Shown piece by piece: positions 36,861-50,504 of a DNA stretch of 64,000 nucleotides. The position numbers and the translations under genes are program-made. Below the pieces are notes generated by a model. That model was not told the DNA's origin. It did not search any database and saw only the letters and a program-made list of their open reading frames with translations. This DNA is from Daphnia carinata (taxonomy: Eukaryota). How positions within the stretch are numbered: the first letter of the stretch is position 1; the number at the start of each line of letters is the position of its first letter. The DNA lies in assembly GCF_022539665.2 (NCBI RefSeq), contig NC_081331.1:2046001-2110000 (forward strand). Reading direction: 5' to 3'.

Positions 36861-38780
36861 AGTGGTGGTGCCAGCGGCGCGTCCGGCACCAATTTCCCGG
36901 ACGAACTCATCATCCGTCACGTTCGCGACCATTCTTGCCTCTACGATCCGCGCGAAACCGAATACAAAGACGCCGATCGCAAAGCGGCCGTCTGGCGAGA
37001 AATCGCCAACAACGTCGGCATGTCCGGTAAGAAACTCAACTTTTACATCCATTTTGTCCTCCCTATCCCCTCCTTTTTTTTTTGGCCCTATTCGGCCGGT
37101 TGCTAACCGGCCGCCCACGTCCACTGTAACTACGTAAAGTCTCCCGTCCGCTTGTCTGCGTCTGGTCTTGTCCTTACCGTTACGTAGAGAACACCCGCCA
37201 TTGCGTGTTTCGACGGGTGGGAGGAGTGAAGGGTTGCGCATGCGCTCTACTCTCACAAAACATTTCTGTTCTATAAAAAAAAAAAAAATAAATAAAACTG
37301 GCGTTACCGATAGACTCGATACACTTGGCTCAAATACTTGGTTAATGGGCACTCAAGTGGGAAACGCTGATGATCAGATAACTGTCGCAACGGTCAACAA
37401 GATTATGTATCGATTTAAGAGAAAAAATTTTTTTTTTTAGAGAAACAAAAAAAAATTGGCCCCATGCCTACGTTTGGTTTTCTTAGGAAAAAATCTAACG
37501 ACTCGTAAAATGTTCTTTCCCAATAATAATAAAAACGGGAGAGAACGAAGCACTACTCGCCCCCATCCACACCTGTCTTTGTCAAATTTTGTTTGTTTTT
37601 TATTCCGAAAGAAACCATTCAGAAAAGTTCTTTTTTGTTCCGTTTTGATAGCCATCGAGTGCGAGCACCGTTGGCGCTACTTGCGGGACCGGTACACGCG
37701 GGAGCGCAAGCGCAAGTCGCAGCAGACCAACGGCTGCAAATCAGGAGGCGGAGGCAACTGGCCGTTAGCCTCCCAAATGCATTTCATCCAGGATTTTATC
37801 AAACACCGCAGGTAAAAGCACGACTTTGTAATTTTACACGTTTTTCTTCAATTTTCTTTTGAAGCCATCCCCCCACGCCGTTCGGTACTTTTCTTTACCG
37901 TTCCTATGACTTTTTTTTGGTGAATTCTCATGGCCATTACGGTCGTCAGTTTACTACTGATAATGCTCACAAACATAAAATAAAAATAGATTTTGGTAGG
38001 AGATTAAAGTAGCGACTTTTTTCGTTAATAATCAATAGAATATTCATTTATGGATACTATTCTTTTCTTTTTTGACCCTCAAGCTTTAAATTCAAGGCCC
38101 GTGGGGGCGGCGGCGGCGGGCAGCAGGAAGCGACGGGCGATGGTACAAGCACGCGAGGTGCCCGCCAACAACACGTCAAGGTAACAAACATCAACGCAAA
38201 ACTTTTTCATGTTTGAACGAGCGGCTTATCATCGACCCATTTCTAATCTTGGGACGACAGTCTGAAGGTGATAATAACCATACATCGTCCGACGAAACGG
38301 ACGGACCGGTTTCGCCCGGCTTCGATCAACAAAGTGCCGCGGCGGCCGAGTGCTACCCTATGGTCATCATCGAAGAAACAGATGCGCACCATCACGTCGG
38401 TCCACCTCGTTCTGGCACACCTTCAGACTACCTTCGAGGAGGTGGACCGAATGATCATCATCACCACCATAGGTAGTAAAACCACCCAAAAAAATTAAAA
38501 AATCCAATTGAATGGAAAATAAGGAACTGCGAAGGAGAAAAAACCCTAATAAAAAGAAAGGAACCTGCATCCATATAAGGATCGTGATTTTTCTTATGTT
38601 TAAAGGTCGTCAACGTTCAATAATGGCGGGAGCAGCAGCCCTCGTCTGACGTACAACGAAGACGAGCTCTTCTGTCTCAGCGTCGCCCAGACTCTGCGTC
38701 GTCTGCCGCTGATGCGCCGATCCTTGGCCAAAGTTCAAATACTTCAACTGATCCACGATATGGAATTCGGTCATTCCTAA
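36852..38780 (+). CDS. MADF-BESS (Adf-1-like) transcription factor, multi-exon
   Basis: MADF domain LIIRHVRDHSCLYDP..YKDADRKAAVWREIA..CEHRWRYLRDRYTRERK..WPLASQMHFI; C-terminal BESS-like EDELFCLSVAQTLRRLPLMRRSLAKVQILQLIHDMEF. Confidence 0.9.
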
Positions 38781-41700
38781 ACTGAAAAAAAAGAAGTAAA
38801 TAAAGAGAGAAACCACTACGCTGCGCACTCGGGCACTTGAACATCAACAAGAAGATAAAAACTATTCCCTTTTCTTCATTTTTTCTCTTTACTTTATGAA
38901 TACATGTTTAACATCTCAAGTGGATAGTAGTATCTGGCAACCCTGCGGATCGTGATAAAAGGTGTGTGCATAGTCCCAAGAGAAAAAGAAACAAAAAATA
39001 CGCAGCCAAGAATAGCGATGATGACTTTTTCTCTCGCAACCCTGCCCTCCCCTCTCGTACCGTGATTCCTTCCAGACACATTCTTCACGGTCAACACACA
39101 CACACACACCTCAACGGAACCCCTTTCTATTCGGTGCAACAACAACAACACCTGTGCAGGAAATCCGGACAGTATCCAGCCAGCCGCAACAACAACAGAA
39201 GTAGTAAATTTAGAAGACAATAAAACACACGAAAAGAGGCCTTTTTCACAGTTCACCACTGAGAGCAGAAACTGAAAATTAGTTCACTATGACACCACCA
39301 GATGAAAACGCGCACCGATATGACGAAAGAATATTTCAGATTTTAAAATATTGCTAACAAAAGAATTGTTTTAGTTTAGTTTTTTTTTTTTGCCTGGGAC
39401 TTGAAGTCGGAACGGCCGTTCCGATTCAACTGACCGGCGGGATCGAGAGCGCGCGCCATGTAACACGCCGCCAGTTTGTACCAGTAGCGCCTCTAGCGGT
39501 ACATAAGAAACCAACACAGATTCCCTTGTTTTACCACACTCGCTTTGAATCGGCAGTGGAAATTCACCAAAAACAAATTTAAAAATAAAGGGGGATTGTT
39601 AACTTACCACTAAATACGAGGAACCACGTGGGGGCGATGATGTCGGTCGATTTCACAACACAAATAAATAAATAAATAAATAAAAAAAGATGAGTTTTGG
39701 GGTCAGTTTTCAATCAGGGCGTGAACATTGGCAAGAGTCCGATGAAAAAATTCAAAAAACCGACACGCCAAAAGAGAGAAAAATGTCGGAATCCAGTTTC
39801 GACCCTCCCGCGCCATCTCGAATTTCCCCACCCTTAAAAACGCCCAGGTTCGGCTAGTTGTGTGGAAAAACACAAAAATGGATCTCTCAGACAAAAGTGA
39901 AGGCTTTCCAGAAGGCCACTGACAAGTTGCACATACTTGTAAGATTCTATCCTTTTGTCCAGTCATCCATTTTTCTCCTTTTTCGTACAACACATTGTAC
40001 CATTTAACAACAACAAACCAAGACTCGTTCGAAATTTTTATAACTAAAAAATGCAACTGGTGAGACAACAGCTTACCGCTCTTCTGCATCGTTGTCACAG
40101 TGACACACCACACTCGAGAAGGGAAAAAACGGTTTAGCTTCTTCTTGTTACTCTGCTACGACAGTCACTGCAGCTTTTCAAAAACGGGAGTGGAGCTCGG
40201 AAACCCGCGTCGAGATTAGGAATTTTCGTCACTGCTAACTGCCAAACACACCAGTTACTTTTAAAACACACACACACACACACATATACACATGCATACA
40301 CACGCTGCAGTGAATATAAGACTGCTCGAATACGAACGCCTGTAGGGAATGTGCGAGGATGTGAACAAGCGTCACTGGCGACGCGGACTCCACCTATCGG
40401 TGGAATTTTATATCTTTTGATTTAGGCCCGTTGCTTGATGAAAAAAGATATCGGAAATGTTCTGAAACAAACTTAACGATAATTACGCGATTTTATCTGG
40501 CCTTTGCCTTTTGACTTTATGGAGCTTTTCCTTTTATAGCACAAAATCCTACTGAAGAAGAGAACCTGAACTTTTAACGTTTATCCAACGTTCCATTTAA
40601 GGCTAAAAACAAGATATTTCCAAGGTAAGATTGTGATATGAGTTATGGCCGTAATCTATGCGGTCAACTGTTTTCCTCCAATGCTCGGTTCCAAAAACAG
40701 ATAAGGATTCCGGATAAAAATGACTGAAAAAACATCGTTCAACGTCCCAGTGAAACACCACGTTCACTGAAGAAATAGTCTTAGGTAAAAACTTGCACGA
40801 ACAAAATACTTGTGAAAAACAGCCAATGCTTCGTGTAAAAAAATTTAAAGTTAGGTAACGTGTACTAAGAACAATGAGGGATGGCTTAATGACCGATGAG
40901 GGCAGTTACATATCAATATGTCCTGTTTTCATATTCAAAAACGAGTTCTTGTCACGCACAACGATAGATTAAAGAGAACACCGTTTATGGATTTCACCAT
41001 AATGGCACTCTTTTTTCGTAAGGATGTCAAAAAGCTACATGGTTATCGTGGCAGGCAAATGAAAATTAAAGCCCAACGAGAAAAATTCATTGGCTTGCTA
41101 CAGAACAACAATGTTTCGAATTGACTTTGATCCATTAGATTACATCTCGTTGAACACTCTTTGAATACTTTTGTTTTAAGTTAGTGAACCATATTTAATT
41201 AGAAATTCGTTTTCCAAAATTAGCTTCGGTGAGTGAATCGTGTGTGAAAATATTGACGAAAATGTCGACGAGCCCAAAAGGATTTGTCATTTGACTTTCT
41301 GCAATCTGTATGATTCATTGCCATTGTTTTGATTAAACACTTGAAATACCGTGGTATCTATTGGGAGTACCATGAATAATTTTTCTGTGGCAGTCAGCTT
41401 CGGTTCAGTATCAGAATTGCACGAAATCGGGGATACGGATGTATGCGAGGCAACACACAATGTAGTTCTTTCGCACAACGAACGTGTAACTACACTTCTT
41501 GTGGCCATCCGTGGCATGTGTTGGACGAGGAACAGGATGATTCAGAGATGAGTAACAATACAGAGGAACCCTTACTGTCCGATAATTCCTCCATACTGCA
41601 ACAAAAGACACCACATATTGAAGGAGAAGAATTTTTGTACGCTAACGTGATGGTGACAGTTAAACTTGTTTTTCAGGTCGAACCTTTGCTAGCGAAAAAC

Positions 41701-42355
41701 CATTAGACATTTCAACACGGATGCTGCGCGGATCCTGCTGGATTTTGGAGGACATCTTGGCATCGCTAACAGATTCGGTATTACAGCACTTGAACAGATG
41801 TTCAAGTACCGCATGGCGAGTCTTGTTTGTCAGAGAATCCTGATTCCAATTTAGATTACACAATCCAAACGGTTTTACCATTGAGCTGCCATTGTGGCCG
41901 GATCCAAAGTGAAACTCAAACAAACCCCCGAGCACTTCCACCGCATCTGCACGGGTTCGTTCACAAACCTTGAATTTTGTTTTGACATTGCTGAATGACT
42001 TTTGAGAAAATTGGGCTGTTTTTCACATGGAAAAATAAAGATTCTTCAGCGATTTTGATTAACTAATTTCTTGCATAAAAATTGAAAATACAAAAATAAT
42101 GCCCATTGAATAGCTGTTTTTGATTTAGTTAATCAAAGTAGGAAACTATAAAATGATTGGCATCTTCACAACTTGACAAAGTTTAACGGACAAAAAAAGC
42201 ACCCCAAACTAAGGAACATACTAGAAATTTTCTTACTTGCGTTAAAAGGCACATACACTTCCTTTGTGCCAATCCTGGAATAGGACATTAAAAATCCTTT
42301 CTTTTTGTTCTTTTAAAGCTAGTTACCGAAAGTTGCTGTCTAAAATGCATAAGGT

Positions 42356-45300
42356 TTAAAGAAAAACGCACTTGTTTTCTTCCCGACGTCGTTCTCGATT
42401 CTCAGCTCGTGGAGGTGGTGGTGGTACAATGGGATTAAAGTTTAGGTTTGGAGCTCTCCTATAGGGTTCGGCTGGAAGGGGCCGTGGTGGTACAACACGG
42501 TAGTAATTCAGAACTGGAGCATGTCGAACAGGTTCAGCTGGCTGGAGTCTTTGTGGTGGTACAACAGCATGGTAGTTTGCTATTGGGACGCGTCTGACAG
42601 GTTCAGGTGGACGAATGGGACGGATCGGTTCCACTCGAGTTAACAAGTCTTCATGGGTGATTACAACCTTTAACTCTTTCAAATACACTGACACTGAGTC
42701 GATGACTGCTTGTCGTTCAGTCACATCTGAACAATGTGACATCAGATATGCAATGATTCCTTCCTTACGGCGTTTGCAGTTCACTACGTCAATTTTATCT
42801 GAGGGCGTGTGCAGTTGTCCGGGAACAATATTTTTTGGGCATTTGATGACATGAGCGTGATTTTTTTGGTCATTACCAGGACCGCAATCTTCGAAACAAA
42901 AGAAGCAAAAATGGGTCTTGCATTGCGGATTCCAGCACTGAATGGCTGAACAACCTTCGTAATCGAAAAATGCCTAAAGAAATTGTGAAGTTTTTGAAGG
43001 AAATGTTTTAGGTTAGGCATTCTGTGACTCACCGTATGACATCCTGGACACCGTAAAGTACAAATTTCATCCAAAATGTGCTTGCGATGTTTGGCCGTAT
43101 CGACAAATGGTGTGAAACCGACTAGATTCACTTCACTGGGACTGATAACAATTTCCAAATCTCTTAGATCTTTTTCGATAGAGTGAAGGACAGATGAACG
43201 CAGTCCACGGTCGTCAATAGTCTTCATGAGATACTGCACGATAGTTCTCTTCCGTGATTCTTTGTGTACCGTATTCTTTTTCGATGCATTTATGTGGTAG
43301 GTACCTTTAGAGGGATTCCTCTGGCAATCCCGGACGTGACTGTGGGCATCTCTGCCGCAGTCTTCCAAACAGAAGAAGCAGAAGGCCGCTTTACAGTGTG
43401 CTATGGAACACCAAAGGGCACAACAGCCATCAAAATCAATGAAAGCCTGCCGATGTAACGCAATAAAATTCACTGTTAGTTATTGGTGACATTACAACAT
43501 ATTATTGTTTTGTTTCACCGTTCTGCAACGTGGACATCGCAGCAGACACAATTCGTCTAAAATGTAAAGACGATGCCAACGAACATCTTTGTTTTCGCCC
43601 AATTGGCGTTCAGAACATGTAGCTCCCCTATGGCGTTCAACTGGCTTCTTTAAGGTGGTAGAACAGGTGCAACAATAGTAAAGATTGCACTGATCGCAAA
43701 ATACTGCATCGCCACCACTAACAACCTGCTCCTTTTCATTAGTTAACGCCTTCGTGATGGGTATGTACCTGAAATGAGATTAGAAGTAAAGTTTACACCT
43801 TTAGTTGCAACGCGCGAAATTACAAAAGGATATGTGTGTACTAACTGTTCGCATCCAGTTTTGAAACATGAACGATATTTCTCTTTAAACGTGGGATCTC
43901 GACGTAATGCGTTGACTGCTGCCTCGCCAATTTTTTCCTGGACACTAACTGGAGCGATTGTTTGAATGTCTTTCAAGCAAACTTTAGTGTTACATCCGTC
44001 AGCCGGACAAACAATTGGGTATGGAATTGTTTCGTGTGTAACCATATTTTGAATGCATTCAGAGCAGAATTTATGGGCACACATCTGAAAGATAAGCCAG
44101 TTAAATAAATGACAGAAAGATACATATATTGTAACCAAATCCATATTTCCCACCTGCAAGCATGTCGGGTTCACCAATTCCGTAAAGCACAGTCCGCATT
44201 CGCCGATATCGATTTCATTTCTTGGCTCAATTACATGATTTTTCAATACATTTTTCAGCATTTCGATACCCTCTTCCGTTCCAGTCGCGTACAGACGATT
44301 ATATGACAATCGAAGCTCGTCTTTTAATCCATTATTACGGTATGTAGTCAAATTCTTTGTTACGAGCTTCAAACTAGGTTTGCGAACAATCAGGGTAACA
44401 TCAATGCAAAGTAATTTTAGATTTCGCACAAGTGCGTCTAATTTTCCCTTGATTGTTTGCCTCTCTCTTTCGTTGCCGTAAATCCGAATCGCTTTGGTAG
44501 TAAAATTTGAATTGAGGTAACACGGCCGGACGTCAACGGCTGCAACTTGTTTGCGGCCGTAGTGCGTGAAGAGTAGCTCAATATCAGCGTTCTTGTAAAA
44601 CTCAAATTGAAGGAAATCATCTATTTTCTTGCGAACCTCATCAATATTTCCCGCACGCGGAACTTCAAGGTGCAGCCACACGTGAAATTCTGACTTGGTT
44701 TCTAATTTGCATGTAACATCTTTCGTTTTAAGAAGTTCCAGGTAATTTTCAATTTCTTGTTGTCGAAATTCCCATAATTTTTTTTCCATTCTGACACTTG
44801 TTTTGATTTGCGCTTTCATTCTGACGGGCTGATCATAATGAAGATTGGCGCATAACTGAGATACGTAAATCATCTCAATTTGGTCCATTGATTCGTATCT
44901 GGCGCGAATGGAGATTGTCTTCCGTTTGTCATCCTTACGAACAATAGTCGTTACAGCTTTTTCCGAAAACGGGAAAAGTTGGTTGGATTTGGCGTAGTTC
45001 AGCAGCAGAGTTGATTCTTGCGTTGAAATCGAGTTGCCTTCGGCCCCCCGAACGATTTTGGCGTACAAGGGCTTCTGACATCCGTATCTAGCTAGGTGAC
45101 GCTCGAGATCCACTTCATCAAAGTTAGCCGGAAGCCGGTTAGCGTAGAGACCGTATCGCATTGTAACGTTAAACGGGTTAGCTTGTTTGATAAACAATCC
45201 GCCGTCTACTTTTGGACAGTGATTTCGCAAAGCGTTATTTTGCGTGTCGCTAAATTTTGTGGGCCGAAAATTAAGGCCACTATTACGTATTGTGTGATTT

Positions 45301-48300
45301 GCATCTTCCAGGGAGCTGTAAAGAACAATGGCACTTTTCCGGGATGGAGCAATAGCAAAAGTGATATTCAGCCAAGCTTCAGATTCTTTATAAACTGATG
45401 GATAGTTGCTAAGTGCAGGAAAAAATTCCAGCTTTGCTTGAAGACCACCACCAGCGGACAACTCCTGTAACGATGGTGAAGCTAAAACATGGACGGAATT
45501 TAAGCAAATCAAATGACACTCACTTTCAACGCAGCGGACGCTTTTTGAGGATCGTCGAAAACAACTCGGGCAGTCTTAGTTTTTTCACCGGCATTGTTCG
45601 ACAAAAAGAAAAGGTTTCGGACTGAATCTTTAGTAAACTGGCTGCATTTTTGGCGGATGATCATGTCAACGTCTAACAAGCTCCAGGCATTAGGCACATT
45701 TTTAAAGTTGAGGCCGATGTAATTGCCACGAAACAGCAGCAGCCTGGCTTCTCCTCCACAGCCCCAAACGATACGGGTCTCTCCAATAACTGGATCTTCT
45801 CTTATCTCCAATTCCAATTCTCTCTTTCTTGATGCAACTTTACGTGTTAGCTCACTGTGACGAAAACACTATGATAAACAACTTTTTTCAAACGCATTTA
45901 TACCGGTAAAGAAGATACCTATAAACAAAATTGACAGCATTTGGTTTGCACCAAGCAACGAGAGCGTCTTTCTTGTAGTCACCGTGAACTAGGCAGTCGA
46001 GCTCTTGATTGAGTTCGTCCAAGTTACGGTTAGCAGGCCCGAGAATGAAATGCAGAATGCCACGAGAAACGGGAGTAACCCGAATTTCTTTTATGTTGAC
46101 CTGAGAGGCCATTTCTTCATAAAGTGCATACAGTGCTCCGTTTTCTTCTCTAATCCATTCCATGTCAATAGGTGTTAACTGAGTAGCGTACGTTTTGGAA
46201 GTTCGTAGAATACTTTGATAAGTTATCACCTTGAAAAAGGAGAAACATGTTAACGTCGATGGTTTTGTGATGAAAAAGCGACCGTCAGATTCTTACTTGA
46301 GGAAGTTCTTTTTCATCAAAGAAGACGGAACCAGGATGGATGTACGTCATCGTGTCTGCTCTTAGGCCCACATAGTTTCTATTGACTCGATAGGCTACGT
46401 TCAAAATGAAAGCTTGGGCGATAAGTTGCTGTAGTTCTTCATCTGTCGCCTTACGATCTTGATTGGCTTTTCTCCAAATTTGGCGAGCGTTCCGCAGTAA
46501 ATGCAACTGAATTTCTTCAGAAGTTGACGAAGCCATGTTCATTGCTTTATTATTGATAAAGTTTTCCATGCACCATGCTTTGGCAGCTGTTTGAAATAGA
46601 TTTTAAAGTGTTTCTGAGAACTTACTAGAAAATTTATTTTTGAAACTTACTTTTTAATGTCCGGTCAGCTTTTTTTTTATTTAGCCATTCCATAAAGGCC
46701 AAATGACTAGTGAGTATGTCACCCCGATTAGTGAAAAAGTGCTTCTTGGCTTCATCAGAAGCTTGACGATTTTCATCGTCACCGCCACGCCAAAATACCA
46801 TGCTCGTCACGGAAAACAATCCGGCCAGAAGGGTAGCCTCTTTACCTGCACGCGTGTGTGAACATTCAAATAATTAATAGGGACGCTACTTGGTGCTAAA
46901 TTTAAATACATGGTTATCATACCCAGGCCTTTAGAGCAAGCGTAGTAGATCATGTGAGCAATCCCAGGATCTATCTGAAGATCCCCAATAAGATGACCAA
47001 GTGGAGTTAAATTCTCCTGGTGATCTAATGCTCCTAACAGATTCAATTCTTCCTCGGCTGCTTCCAAAGCGGCTGTATCGGGTTTCTCTAGCCAATGGAA
47101 ATCCCGTGGATCGACGCGCATAGCCTAATAATTTGCCAAGTATTAGCTACGAAACATCTTACTATTTTTTTTTTTTCTAACGACGATACATGTACCTTTA
47201 GTAAGGTGACAGTGATGCTTAAAGGGCGTAGGAAGATCTCTGCTTTATCGTACTTTGCCATTGCATTATATACATCTTCGCTATACAACCGGTAACATGT
47301 GCCGGTCGCCGTTCGACCCGCCCTTCCTTTGCGCTGTTCCGCGGAAGCGGAGGAGATCATCATTTCCTGATGAAAAATAAGAAGTAAGCAAAGTTCAATG
47401 TCCCATTTGAATAAGTATAATTTTACTTTAAGGCTCGTAATGTTGCGAGCACTATCGAATATCAGGTTCTTAGTAAGGCCGGAGTCCACAATGAATTTCA
47501 CACCGTCGATCGTGATAGACGTTTCAGCAATATCGGTGGAAAATATAACTTTTTGGACGTCTGGCGTTTTATGGAAGACCTTTTGTTGCTCTTCGGGTGT
47601 CTGTTTCCCGTATAAGGAATACGCAACAATTTTTTTTGTCTTGGATGCATTAATTTTGATAGAAGAAGAAAACTTCTGAGTCGCCCATTCCACCTGTTGA
47701 ATTGTAGCACTCTTGTTATAGATAACCATTGCTTATTTAACAAACACCGGGATCACTTACTTCGTTTTGTCCTGTGAGGAAACAGAGAACATCCCCCGAT
47801 TGGTGCCCGTTACATATTTCAATTGCTTGTTTGACTACAGCATCAACGATCTTTGTGTTATCTCGATCAAACGGACGATAAATGACTTCAACGGGAAAAA
47901 GTCGACCTGGAATTTCTATGACAGGGCAGTCGTTCAAATACTTTGAAAACAAACTCGTGTCAATCGTGGCCGAAGTGACGATCACTTTTAAATGTGGCCA
48001 CAAGTGGATTTTCCTTTTGAGCACTCCAAGCAAAACATCTGTTGTAATTGTGCGGCTGTGAGCTTCGTCTACGATAACCGCACCGCAATTTCGGAACGGA
48101 TCTTCTTTTGTCACCCTGTAGAACATGGAAATTTTTAGCACAACTTTGTGATCTAAATAAAAACTTGTAATTATGAAACCTTACTCAGCTTGTGTGAGCT
48201 GATTAAGCAACACGGTTTCAGTCATGTACTGGATGCGATTGGACAAGTGAAGTTGGTTGTCCCCTCCTACATGATAGCCAACCCATTTCTTTGTTTCCAA

Positions 48301-49409
48301 TGTTTCTTCGCCTGCTGCAAACTCAAATGCCACTCGCTGTGTTAAAGTAAGAGCTGCAATTTTTCTTGGCTGTGTACAAATTATCTGTAAAATAAAGCAA
48401 AAACGGTAAACGTTCAATAGTTTACGTAAAAATTAAGAACCCGTTAACTCACAATTTGTTTTTGAAATTGAGGCATGTCGGCTAGATATTGCGTCAATTG
48501 CGTACTTTTGCCTGATCCCGTTTGTCCCATAACAACAACAAATTGATGATCACAGACAGATTTTTCGAAATCTTGTCGTTTAGATAACGCTGGAAGAGGT
48601 GAATTCAGTCGAAATAATTCGCGTTTCTTGCGGATGTCGGAGTCCATAAAGGAAGAGGCACGTTCGAAATATATTTGAGCAGTAATCTTTAACGTTTCTA
48701 ATTCTTCAATCTTGGATTCTATGATGGTGATATGTTGCGTGCTTTCTTTGCTTTTACTCGATTTGGATTTGCCCTTTTCCTGTAACATAGATGATAGATG
48801 AACACGTTCAGCTGCGAGGACGTGTTTTTCAATAACAATCAATTTTTTCCTCACTTACCTTCGATGTTTTTACTCTATCCGTAGCTAGTTTCAATTCTGC
48901 AATGCGGTCTTCGTAGATTTTAAATTGGACCTGAAATTTTAATTGCAGTAAATCTTTTTTGGTGAAAGCTGAATCGCTGTTGGAATTTTTTTAGCCGTGG
49001 AAGTCGTTTTTCGTTTACGCACGTCAGCATTTGCATTCTCTACCCAAAACAAAATTTTAAATCCAAATTATAAATATATAATAACAGATAATCATATACA
49101 TAGATATACACAGCATCAACAAGATAAAGCATTAGGTAGATAAAGATGCAATCATTCAAAGAACTGATAAAAAGCTTACTGTTTCTTTTGCTTTCCACTT
49201 TGGTAGACTGTTGATTGTTTTTTTTTGTAGTTTTGATAATTTCATTCTCATCAAAATTAGCATCTCCTAAGACGGAATTGCTGCATCGAGCACTTTCTGG
49301 GTTATCACAGCAGTCTGGCTCACTGAAAACACAACATTGCGATGTACGTTTGTAAAACGTGCAAGTAAATCATTTGCTTACCTATGATTTGACTTGAAAA
49401 TTTTTCCAT
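42356..49409 (-). CDS. DEAH-box RNA helicase fused to an RBR (RING1-IBR-RING2 x2) E3 ligase; DEAH11/12-like architecture
   Basis: Helicase motifs GQTGSGKSTQ, TQPRKIAA, VDEAH, SAT, FLTGQ, STDIAETSITIDGV and QRKGRAGR, then HA2-like LTPLG. RING1 CGLC..CAHKFCSEC..CPADGC, IBR CDQC..YCCTC..H..C, then two RCPxC..F.D.xGC modules. The start at 49409 is tentative. Confidence 0.85.
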
Positions 49410-50504
49410 GTTTCAAATAAACGTTCGTCACGACCACGTTTTCTTCCTCTTTAAAGCAGCGACACTGATCTTGCAATCTGCAAGGAATAAGCAATTCGCC
49501 AGCATCTTCTGATGACGAATCCTGATCAGCTGTCGCCATTTGTTTGCCCAACTAGTTCTACTTGCCACAAATGAAAACTCGACACGTGAGTTCAAACGAA
49601 AACAGCATTCGCTCTATTGTTTTAAAAAGTGCTTACAAGCAGCAAGTGTGTTACAGAGCAAAATCTGCCAACGTCTGTGCTATCCGAATGCTAATGGCAA
49701 CTGACCCAAAGCAAATTCGGTCCCAAGGCCACGAAGGTTTCAAATTCCCCCTGAAGCTCGAAATGCATTGCGTAAGGCGATAAAAGCACTAGGATAGGGA
49801 AGCCATTCCAAACACACGTGGATATGCTGAAATTTTTCTCTAGATGTAGGACCCTTCAATTGGTAAAGTCCTCCATGTGTCAAACAATGGTGTTTTCATG
49901 CTAATGAATATAAGATTGTGCTTTCATTTATTTGTGAATTTTTTTAACACTACGAAGTGTTTTGGTGAACGTGACAATCTAATCAATTGCTACTACCAAA
50001 TTAGTGTTCCAACAGTGGCTGGGATGAATCCGAAAAATTAAGCAGACGATGACGTGAATATTTTGTCGGTTGGCAGTGATACAACTTTTATACACATGCT
50101 TTCATCTGGTGGCTAGATCAGCTCTCGACATCTATCAAGTGTAGCTACTGTGTATAGTAATACGAACTCCTGCATCCTGCCGTTGATTACTTTACGTTAT
50201 TCGATGGTATTTCAACGTGGACGTTAATGTTGCATTTAACACTATCGCAGCGGCATCGGTAATGCATTGCGCTGAGCAGATTTCAGGATTTTTCTGGTTT
50301 AATATGATCGTCAATGTTTGTTTGTTTGGCAATCTCAATCACGTGATTGATACCTAAACGTGATTGCAATGACAAAAGAAAATGCAGTTTTCTACGAAGT
50401 TTTGTCATCCTTGTCGCTTTCAACAAAACTGGGACGACATAGAGTCCTACCAATAGTAAAGCGTTAGTTTCGCTTCTACCACACAGGAGATCTTTCGTTA
50501 AAAA

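Noticed and set aside
39481..39500. CTCF-like motif (CCGCTAGAGGCGC on minus)
   Set aside because: One base short of the consensus spacing; a lone motif match is weak evidence.
39600..40330. Minus-strand donor-like sites (about 39607 and 40077) as distal septin first exons nesting the MADF gene
   Set aside because: No phase-compatible ORF or acceptor could be established by eye.
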